This document shows, piece after piece, positions 27,591-34,300 of a stretch of 34,300 bases of DNA; position 1 is the first letter of the stretch; each line of letters opens with the position of its first letter. Origin of the DNA: Patescibacteria group bacterium (GTDB lineage Bacteria > Patescibacteriota > Gracilibacteria > UBA1369 > PNNO01). Below the pieces are notes generated by a model. It searched no databases and was not told where the DNA came from. It worked only from the letters and a program-made list of their open reading frames with translations. The translations under genes were made by a program, and so were the position numbers. The stretch spans positions 1-34,300 of the forward strand of contig JAJRYP010000065.1 of NCBI GenBank assembly GCA_024275695.1, given 5' to 3'.

Positions 27591-30128
27591 ATGTGGGATT
27601 ATATTCTGCAGCATCCGCTTAGAACACTTGTAATAGTTGTTGTACTTGTAAGTTTATACAGATACACGGTCTGGCTTTTTCGCTATTTTATACAACTTTA
27701 TTATGCGAAAAAGCTTACATATATGAGAATAACACTTCCTCGTGAAGACACTCAAAAAGATAAAGACAAGCAAGTTGAAAAAGATTTTCGTGAAAAAATA
27801 GGCGTGATGGATCAATTTTATAGAAATATACATGAAATTCGTGAACTTTCATTCAAAAATCGTATTCGCAATTTCTTTTTAAATCTGGACGTTGTTTCTT
27901 TTGAAATGGTCGCGATGAGCAAAGAGGTAAATTTTTATGTGGTAACTTACCCTTTTTATCAAAATATTATTGAAAAACAAATTACATCGTATTATCCGGA
28001 TGCCGATATTCAGATGACAGAAGCTTACGTGGTTGATCCTCCCGGAAATAAGCAAAGATGCTTTTATGCTTACCTGAACAGAGAAAATTGGTATCCAATT
28101 AAAACATACAAAAAAATTGAGAACGATCCGTTAAACGATATGACAAACGTTCTTTCCAAACTTGGTGATGATGACAAGGCGGTTTTTCAGTTTGTTATAA
28201 GTCCGCGTTCAGACAGGTGGAGAAAAAAAGCCGAACGAATGGGAACAAAACTTTTCTTAAATAAACTCGGGAAAGGTTGGGTTCCGAGAATTCCGATAAT
28301 CGGGACTTTACTTAACTGGATATTTAGCATTTTTACCGGTATTGCATTTGGATACGATCGTATGAAGAAACAAGCCCCAAACACGGGCGCCCCGGAAGGA
28401 AGCCAATATGTACGTATGCTTCAAACTAAAGAGGAAGTGGCAAAAATGATTGGTGAAAAAGCCAGTCAGGTTGGTTTTGACGTAAGTGTTAGGGTTATTG
28501 CGTCGTCAAAAACTCGCGGGGATGCCTACAGACTCGGAAACAATATGATTTTGGCATTGAATCTTTTTAAAGATGCCGCAATGAATTGGTTTCAGACCAA
28601 AAGGTTATTTTTTCTCGATTCAATCAATAATAAAATTATGCTTCATGCTTTTAAAAATAGATTACATAATTTCAAACCGCTACCGTTTTTCGGAGAAAAA
28701 GAATCAATAATGGTTCCGGAAGAACTTGCAGCTTTGTATCATTTCCCAAATAGTAGATATAATTACACGCCGGTTATTAAATGGCTCAAATATAAAGTTG
28801 TGCCGGCTCCTGTTAATACTCCGCAGGAAGGAGTTTATCTGGGTGATAATGTATATCGGGGAGTTCGAAAAAAAGTCCATATACTTAGGCAAGATCGAAC
28901 AAGACATCAATATATAATCGGAAAATCCGGTGCAGGTAAATCCGTATTCATCAGTTTTATGGCAAGACAGGATATTAGGAATGGTGATGGAGTTTGCGTT
29001 ATCGATCCACATGGTGATCTTATTGAAGACATCTTGACTTATATTCCTAAAGAAAGGGCAAAAGATGTAATCGTTTTTAACCCTTCCGATCAGCAGCGAC
29101 CAATGGGGCTTAATATTCTGGAAGCCGATACGCCCGAACAACAAGATCTTGCTTCAAGTCAGGCTACCGAGATTTTCATTAAATTGTTTGGTGACGAAAT
29201 ATTCGGACCGCGCATTCAACACTATTTTAGAAATGCTTGTTTAACACTAATGGAGGACAAAGAGGAAGGAGCGACTTTGATTGATGTCCCTCGAATGTTT
29301 GTTGATGACGATTTTATGAAATACAAAGTGAAAAAAGTCAGAAATCCGGTTGTGCGTTCATTTTGGGAACATGAATATGCTCATACGGGGGAGAGGGAAC
29401 GTCAAGAAATGATTCCGTATTTTTCTTCTAAATTCGGTCCGTTTATCACAAATTCTATAATGCGTAATACCATCGGACAAACAAAATCCGCATTCAATTT
29501 TCGTGAAGTCATGGATAATCAAAAAATACTCCTTATCAATCTTTCCAAAGGTAAGATCGGCGATTTAAACACACAGCTTTTAGGACTGGTTGTAGTTGCG
29601 AGAATCCAAATGGCCGCGATGAGTCGCGCAGATATGCCGGAAGATCAACGTAAGGATTTTTATTTATATGTAGATGAGTTCCAGAACTTTGCGACAGACA
29701 GCTTCTGTTCGATTCTGTCCGAAGCCCGGAAATATCATTTAGCCTTAATTATGGCGCATCAATATATTAAACAGCTTGAAAAGAAGCAAGACACATCTAT
29801 CCGTGATGCGGTGTTTGGTAACGTAGGAACAATGATGTCATTTAAAGTTGGCGCGGATGATGCCGAATATATGGCAAAAGAATACGCTCCTGTTTTAACC
29901 GAAGCAGATGTACTTGGGATCGCAAACTACAAAGCATATATTAAACTAAACATCAAAAATACAACATCAAGACCTTTCTCTCTTGAAACTATTTACGATA
30001 CAACCGGCAAAAACAAGAAAGTTGCTGAAATCGTGAAAGAATATTCGAGAATGAAATACGGACGAAAGAAAGAATTCGTTAATCAGGAAATTGCAGCGCG
30101 AATCGGTATTGACCTAAGTTCGGAATGA
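27591..30128 (+). CDS. Membrane-anchored TraD/VirD4/HerA-like P-loop ATPase, full-length paralog
   Basis: 845 aa. TM1 is LRTLVIVVVLVSLYRYTVWLF. It is followed by a roughly 150-aa domain shared with ORF 5786..6358, then a second hydrophobic segment (IPIIGTLLNWIFSIFTGIAFGY). Walker A IIGKSGAGKSV, Walker B FYLYVDEFQNF, and AHQYIKQLE. Confidence 0.8.
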   Translation: MWDYILQHPLRTLVIVVVLVSLYRYTVWLFRYFIQLYYAKKLTYMRITLPREDTQKDKDKQVEKDFREKIGVMDQFYRNIHEIRELSFKNRIRNFFLNLDVVSFEMVAMSKEVNFYVVTYPFYQNIIEKQITSYYPDADIQMTEAYVVDPPGNKQRCFYAYLNRENWYPIKTYKKIENDPLNDMTNVLSKLGDDDKAVFQFVISPRSDRWRKKAERMGTKLFLNKLGKGWVPRIPIIGTLLNWIFSIFTGIAFGYDRMKKQAPNTGAPEGSQYVRMLQTKEEVAKMIGEKASQVGFDVSVRVIASSKTRGDAYRLGNNMILALNLFKDAAMNWFQTKRLFFLDSINNKIMLHAFKNRLHNFKPLPFFGEKESIMVPEELAALYHFPNSRYNYTPVIKWLKYKVVPAPVNTPQEGVYLGDNVYRGVRKKVHILRQDRTRHQYIIGKSGAGKSVFISFMARQDIRNGDGVCVIDPHGDLIEDILTYIPKERAKDVIVFNPSDQQRPMGLNILEADTPEQQDLASSQATEIFIKLFGDEIFGPRIQHYFRNACLTLMEDKEEGATLIDVPRMFVDDDFMKYKVKKVRNPVVRSFWEHEYAHTGERERQEMIPYFSSKFGPFITNSIMRNTIGQTKSAFNFREVMDNQKILLINLSKGKIGDLNTQLLGLVVVARIQMAAMSRADMPEDQRKDFYLYVDEFQNFATDSFCSILSEARKYHLALIMAHQYIKQLEKKQDTSIRDAVFGNVGTMMSFKVGADDAEYMAKEYAPVLTEADVLGIANYKAYIKLNIKNTTSRPFSLETIYDTTGKNKKVAEIVKEYSRMKYGRKKEFVNQEIAARIGIDLSSE

Positions 30129-31309
30129 GAACATTAAATACACAAAAACTTGTCGAACACGTAAGAAATACAAAAATACTTTTGTATTCGCTTATTTTTG
30201 CGTTAGTTGTCGGAATGCTCGGACTTGGAAGCGGGATAAGAAATCTATATGGAGAAATTGTAACAAAGGACTATCAAATTTCCGTCTTAACTGAAGAAGT
30301 TGGAAAACTTAAAGAAGAAAATACATACATATATCAAGATCTATTAAAAAATAGAGACTTCCTAACAAAAAGTATCAAAACAATAGAAAATTCGTTTACC
30401 GGATATATCGAAGGAAATGAATCGGAGAAGAACAAAATGCACGCGACTTTTACGCAAGTTCAGAATGATTTAAATACACTTTTAAATGAAAAAGAATTTG
30501 CAATAGCAAATTTGCGAGAACGAAACGAACGTTTAACGGAAGAAATAAAATTTCAAGTATATTCGGAAGATGTGGAAAACATTTTAATAATCGGAAAAAA
30601 TCAAAACCTTACAGACACAATTATTCTCGCAAGTGTAAATCCTTCGCTTGAAACAATAACATTAATCAGCATTCCGCGTGATTTATACGTTAACGGGAGA
30701 AAAATTAATTCAATTTATGCTTCGTATGGAATTGATAAATTTAAAAGAGATATACAAATGATAACCGGTCTGAATATAGAAAAATATGTAATTTTTGATT
30801 TTGCGGCCTTTGAAAAAATCATAGATATATTGGGTGGAATAGACTTGTATGTTCGCAACGATATTTACGATAACAGATTTCCGACAGTGAATAATGGATA
30901 TACAGTCTACTTGATTGAGAAAGGTTCGCATCATTTTAATGGCAAAGATGCTTTAAACTACGCGCGTAGCAGGAAATCTACGTCCGATTTTGACAGAAGC
31001 AAACGTCAACATCAGGTTATTCAGGCAGTTCGCGTAAAACTAAAAATGTTGGATATTCTTGCCGATTTGGATAAAGCCATAGAAATTTTTGAAACTGTGG
31101 CCGGCGGTGTTGATACAAACATTGGTGCGTTCGAAGCACTTTACTATATGAACAATTATCAAAATTATGTTATTGAAAGCGGCAATATAATAAGTACAGA
31201 GAACTTTTTATATTCTTCCACATCGGTTGACGGTCAATATATTCTTTTACCGAAAACAGGAGATTATTATCAGATAAAGCAGTATGTATCGAATTTGATT
31301 AAAGAGTAG
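30125..31309 (+). CDS. LytR-CpsA-Psr (LCP) family cell-wall glycopolymer ligase with TM anchor and coiled-coil stalk
   Basis: 394 aa. TM segment ILLYSLIFALVVGMLGLG, a coiled coil, and LCP core motifs (TDTIILASV...LISIPRDLYV...INSIYASYG...YARSRKSTSDFDRSKRQ). There is a 4-nt ATGA overlap with the upstream ATPase gene. Confidence 0.85.
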   Translation: MRTLNTQKLVEHVRNTKILLYSLIFALVVGMLGLGSGIRNLYGEIVTKDYQISVLTEEVGKLKEENTYIYQDLLKNRDFLTKSIKTIENSFTGYIEGNESEKNKMHATFTQVQNDLNTLLNEKEFAIANLRERNERLTEEIKFQVYSEDVENILIIGKNQNLTDTIILASVNPSLETITLISIPRDLYVNGRKINSIYASYGIDKFKRDIQMITGLNIEKYVIFDFAAFEKIIDILGGIDLYVRNDIYDNRFPTVNNGYTVYLIEKGSHHFNGKDALNYARSRKSTSDFDRSKRQHQVIQAVRVKLKMLDILADLDKAIEIFETVAGGVDTNIGAFEALYYMNNYQNYVIESGNIISTENFLYSSTSVDGQYILLPKTGDYYQIKQYVSNLIKE

Positions 31310-31358
31310 GATTCATGCATAATTGAATATGAAATAATCATGTTAACTATCTTTATTC

Positions 31359-31976
31359 ATGAAAAAAATATTTCTACTTTCATTTGCCACTCTTATTTTT
31401 ATATCCGGATGTAACGGAAGTGACGTTGATATAAATGAAAACATCCAGGTTCCTTCCGATATCGATATTACATATACAAAAGGAAATGCAAATGCGTCCG
31501 TAACAATTACGGAATATAGTGATTACCAATGTCCGTTTTGCGCCCGTTTAACGCTCGAAATACTTCCTTTGATTCAAAACGACTACATTGAGACGGGAAA
31601 GATTCTATTTGTGTATAAAGACTTGCCGCTTCCAAATCATAAGTATGCTCAAAAAGCCAGTGAGGCGACATATTGCGCGGGTGAACAAAATGAAGATAAG
31701 TTTTGGGAAATGCATGTGAAAATATTTGAAAATCAGAAAAACATAAGGCGAGAAGACTTATCGAAATACGCTGAAGAAGTTGGATTAAATGTGCAGGCTT
31801 TCGACAGTTGTCTTGATAGCGACAAATATAAAAATCTTGTCTTACGAAACAGACAGGACGGTTTGAAGGCCGGTGTGGAAGGAACTCCGACATTATTTGT
31901 AAACGATGTGCCACTCGTTGGATTGCCTCAATATGAAGCTTTAAAACAAGTTATTGAAACCGAGCTTAGGAAGTAA
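31359..31976 (+). CDS. DsbA/thioredoxin-fold thiol:disulfide oxidoreductase, probable lipoprotein
   Basis: 205 aa. Lipobox-like LIFISGC and the CPFC active site (YSDYQCPFCARL). Confidence 0.85.
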   Translation: MKKIFLLSFATLIFISGCNGSDVDINENIQVPSDIDITYTKGNANASVTITEYSDYQCPFCARLTLEILPLIQNDYIETGKILFVYKDLPLPNHKYAQKASEATYCAGEQNEDKFWEMHVKIFENQKNIRREDLSKYAEEVGLNVQAFDSCLDSDKYKNLVLRNRQDGLKAGVEGTPTLFVNDVPLVGLPQYEALKQVIETELRK

Positions 31977-31983
31977 ATTGTAA

Positions 31984-32060
31984 TGGTGGCAGGGGTGGGG
32001 ATCGAACCCACGACCTCGGGCTTATGAGTCCCGCGCTCTAACCAACTGAGCTACCCTGCC
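31984..32060 (-). tRNA. tRNA with CAU anticodon, elongator type (Met, or Ile2 if lysidine-modified)
   Basis: The reverse complement is GGCAGGGTAGCTCAGTTGGTTAGAGCGCGGGACTCATAAGCCCGAGGTCGTGGGTTCGATCCCCACCCCTGCCACCA. G1:C72 is paired, so it is not an initiator. The anticodon loop is CTCATAA, and there is an A31/G39 mismatch at the bottom of the anticodon stem. Confidence 0.85.
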
Positions 32061-32116
32061 GTATGCGAAGTTTATTCTAAAAGCAGCACACAATAAGTGC
32101 AAGCTTTTTTCAAAAA

Positions 32117-32866
32117 TTAAAAAGTTTTTATGTTGAAATTAAATAAAACTCTTGCCGGCACAACCAGATTTGGATTATTTGGCGGAATTTTTTCCAATTG
32201 TGGCGGGCTATGCATGGGTTCAAAATAATAATCTTTTCCTTCACGATAAATTCGTTTTACACCTAAATCGCCTTTATACAAAATAGCAAACAATTTTCCA
32301 CTGTTATCTTCAATATCATTATTTTTAATTGGTTCAAGAATAATAATATCACCTAAATAAATTCCGAATTCGGGATAATCTCTTATGAAAATTCGGACTG
32401 CAACAAGTTCTTCAAGCGGTTTATGATAATGCAGATAATTTCTCATATATGATCTGGAAGCATAAATAAAATTATTGGAAACCTTTCTTAATTCATATAG
32501 TTGATCGAATGTTTTATTTCGTAGTTTCGTATTATCGAGTAGGGGAATCGCAGCAACATCATCCTGGAAATCTCTACTAATATCTCGTTCAATTAAAGAA
32601 ACTAACTTGTCCCATTTTTTTGCTTTGTCAACATAAGAAAGTAGACCGGGTTTGTTTTCCCCAAGAAAATAACCTACCGGCTTTTTAAGATATTCCGCTA
32701 TTTTCATTAACTCGGAAATTTTTGGAAGATATCGTCCCTTTGTAATATTGGAAACATATGCACGTGATTTTTGAATCATTTGAGCTAATTCGATTTGTGA
32801 AACACCGCGTTCCGTAAGGGCGGCCTTGATTCGTTCCGCAATAAGTTTAGTAAATTTTTCATCCAT
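32117..32866 (-). CDS. XRE-family HTH repressor with C-terminal S24/LexA-like (CI-like) domain lacking the catalytic Ser
   Basis: 249 aa. N-terminal HTH (GVSQIELAQMIQKSRAYVSNITKGRYLP). The C-terminus aligns with the LexA/CI beta-barrel (VAVRIFIRDYPEFGIYLGDIIIL...GKLFAILYKGDLGVKRIY...FEP). The G-x-S-M Ser position is replaced (IRDY), the Lys of VKR is retained, and there is no Ala-Gly cleavage site. Confidence 0.7.
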   Translation of the reverse strand: MDEKFTKLIAERIKAALTERGVSQIELAQMIQKSRAYVSNITKGRYLPKISELMKIAEYLKKPVGYFLGENKPGLLSYVDKAKKWDKLVSLIERDISRDFQDDVAAIPLLDNTKLRNKTFDQLYELRKVSNNFIYASRSYMRNYLHYHKPLEELVAVRIFIRDYPEFGIYLGDIIILEPIKNNDIEDNSGKLFAILYKGDLGVKRIYREGKDYYFEPMHSPPQLEKIPPNNPNLVVPARVLFNFNIKTF

Positions 32867-32894
32867 AATAATATTGTTTACACAGCTTAAACAT

Positions 32895-32923
32895 ATTATT
32901 AACTACTACTTAATTTTTGTAAA
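32895..32923 (-). promoter_or_regulatory. Candidate promoter of the XRE/S24-like gene, overlapped by an inverted repeat
   Basis: On the minus strand: TTTACA (32923-32918), a 17-nt spacer, then AATAAT (32900-32895). The inverted repeat TGTAAAG (32918-32924) / CTTTACA (32938-32944) overlaps the -35. Confidence 0.35.
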
Positions 32924-33013
32924 GATCAGTGATAATGCTTTACATAAATTAAATTTTTTGTTAAAAAAAGAAGCGGTTTTAGAGACTTCTATAAAGAGAA
33001 GAGAGAGGCTTCA

Positions 33014-33049
33014 CAAAAAGTACCAAGTATTTGGTGCTTTTTGTTTTTC
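33014..33049. terminator. Bidirectional intrinsic terminator
   Basis: CAAAAAGTACCAAgtatTTGGTGCTTTTTGTTTTT. This is an 8-bp stem (one G.U pair) with a 4-nt loop, an A-tract upstream and a T-tract downstream, so it reads as hairpin plus U-tract on both strands. Confidence 0.5.
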
Positions 33050-33097
33050 TGAAAGGAAAACAGCGATAGCACGCACGTGGAGTTCCAAGCGTTATTA

Positions 33098-33235
33098 TTA
33101 TGAAGTTTTTTTATTCAAAATTACCTTTTTAGCTTTACCAAAAACTAATGCTGAATATAACCATTTTAATTTGATTTCCGGTTTGCTGTATTTGTCTCTT
33201 TTTAGTTTTTCAACATCTATATCTGCTTTTTTCAT
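33098..33235 (-). CDS. 45-codon ORF translationally coupled to the nucleotidyltransferase gene
   Basis: Too short for the supplied track. The ATG overlaps the upstream TGA (ATGA at 33235-33232). Translation: MKKADIDVEKLKRDKYSKPEIKLKWLYSALVFGKAKKVILNKKTS. The terminator lies about 50 nt downstream. It could instead be a frameshifted C-terminal extension of the NTase, because A6 runs flank the junction. Confidence 0.35.
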   Translation of the reverse strand: MKKADIDVEKLKRDKYSKPEIKLKWLYSALVFGKAKKVILNKKTS

Positions 33236-33720
33236 AATTTTTTGAGTTTTAATAAAGCTTCCAAATCTAACATATCTTTATTTCTTTTCGTTGCCTTCTT
33301 CATTTTAATTAAATCATCAATACTTACAACCGGTAATTCCATATCCCAAACTTTAATAATAGTTTTTTTCTTATCATAATCTTTAAAATGTGAAGATTCT
33401 TTTACAATTATATCAATATCAAGTTGAGGCTGAGTATTTGATATATACGTGTAGGCCTTTAGCCCTTTTTTCTTAACAAACTCATCTAGTTTTGCCTTGT
33501 TTCCCAACTCTTTAATATTTACCGGAATTCTTTCTACATAATCTAGTTTACGCATTAATTTATCCATTTTTGCTAGATTTACAGGATTTAATGCTAGTAA
33601 AATATCTATATCACCTGTAAAACGAGCGTAACCATAAAGGTTAACCGCAACTCCGCCAACAATTAAATAGTTGATTTTAGCTTCTTCGAGTTCTTTGAAG
33701 ATTTTTTTGTATAGATTCAT
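33232..33720 (-). CDS. Minimal pol-beta-fold nucleotidyltransferase (DUF2204/DUF6036/AbiEii-like family)
   Basis: 162 aa. NTase signature GGVAVNLYGYARFTGDIDIL (G-G-x11-D-x-D), a third acidic residue in LDIDIIV, and a C-terminal SIDDLIKMKKATKRNKDMLDLEAL motif common in this group. Confidence 0.65.
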   Translation of the reverse strand: MNLYKKIFKELEEAKINYLIVGGVAVNLYGYARFTGDIDILLALNPVNLAKMDKLMRKLDYVERIPVNIKELGNKAKLDEFVKKKGLKAYTYISNTQPQLDIDIIVKESSHFKDYDKKKTIIKVWDMELPVVSIDDLIKMKKATKRNKDMLDLEALLKLKKL

Positions 33721-34011
33721 GTGAGGATTTTATCACACAGGCTTAATTAACGTCTAGTGGGGAGCTTTGTTAGCCTTGAAATATTTTGACACCGAAATGA
33801 AATCGATTGTAAAATTGGGTCAAGTTAGCGATTGATATAGCCTTATCTCCGGAATTAATATCAGAAATACTATCGAAAAGAATCAGCAAGGAAAACTTAG
33901 CAATTGCTTTAAGGCAAGAAGCTGAAAATCAAAGTGCTGGTCTTCTAACAGCTGTTACGACAAAAAAACGATTTTGTCGTCCGCTACGGAACGCAAAACT
34001 CGCTACTATTT

Positions 34012-34086
<75 letters not shown>

Positions 34087-34112
34087 TCAATATATTTTTA
34101 AAAGCAGTAGTT

Positions 34113-34140
34113 ATTATATGCAACTCTGCATCGAAGTCAA
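34113..34140 (-). promoter_or_regulatory. Strong candidate promoter for tRNA-fMet
   Basis: On the minus strand: TTGACT (34140-34135), a 16-nt spacer, then consensus TATAAT (34118-34113), about 26 nt upstream of the tRNA 5' end. Confidence 0.55.
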
Positions 34141-34300
34141 ATGAAAGTCAATAATTATCAGGCTCTTTAAACAGTTTGGGTAAAAATTTCAGTAAGAACC
34201 GAGAAAGGTAGAAGACAAAACATGAGCCTTTTTGCAAATCTTTCAACATTATGTATTCCACAGTGTAAACGTTTCATTGTTTCGAAACGGCCGTGTAAAG

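Noticed and set aside
32826-33245. 139-aa plus-strand ORF in the repressor/NTase spacer.
   Set aside because: The sequence is low-complexity and rich in I, F and L. It overlaps the 5' end of the XRE gene and the 3' end of the NTase gene. It also reads straight through a strong intrinsic terminator. It fits AT-rich non-coding DNA.
34168-34300. Possible 3' end of a minus-strand gene entering from beyond the window (…LHGRFETMKRLHCGIHNVERFAKRLMFCLLPFSVLTEIFTQTV*), with a faint resemblance to C-termini of IS1595- or IS5-type transposases.
   Set aside because: Only about 43 codons are visible. Two mutually incompatible motif alignments fit equally poorly. A plus-strand ORF (ATG at 34222) is also open to the edge. 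There is too little sequence to call.

Overview
This is a compact, AT-rich bacterial chromosomal segment using the standard code, since TAA, TAG and TGA all act as stops. The gene content suggests a reduced Patescibacteria/CPR-like genome, but that is inference only.

Most of the window is housekeeping:
- tsaE, aspS, dnaE, valS, rlmN, dtd, glyQS, radC, and a divergent nadC/nadA pair.
- HIT and hemerythrin-like genes.
- tRNA-Leu(UAG), an elongator-type tRNA(CAU), and the initiator tRNA-fMet.
- Cell-envelope enzymes: M23 peptidase, a 3D-domain protein with four peptidoglycan-binding repeats, an LCP ligase and a DsbA-like lipoprotein.

The items I consider most worth a second look:
1. aspS is intact over 590 codons except for one in-frame TAA at a conserved Gln codon.
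2. There are two paralogous membrane-anchored TraD/VirD4/HerA-like P-loop ATPases. One is full length (845 aa) and translationally coupled to the LCP gene, with a DsbA-like gene following. The other is split into an N-terminal membrane ORF and an ATPase ORF that overlap in a 10-nt window. No other type IV secretion parts are visible.
3. Two paralogous proteins combine sigma-70 region 4 only with C-terminal HARE-HTH-like domains. One sits directly downstream of an OmpR-type regulator whose receiver lacks the phospho-acceptor residues.
4. An AT-rich ~2 kb segment lies between the two CAU tRNAs. It carries a CI/LexA-like repressor without the catalytic Ser, a minimal nucleotidyltransferase coupled through ATGA to a 45-codon ORF, and promoter/terminator pairs that could delimit small RNAs.
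5. There is a RelE/ParE-Phd-like toxin-antitoxin pair.

I saw no CRISPR array, rRNA, integrase or clear transposase. All domain calls come from motif reading by eye and need HMM or structure confirmation.
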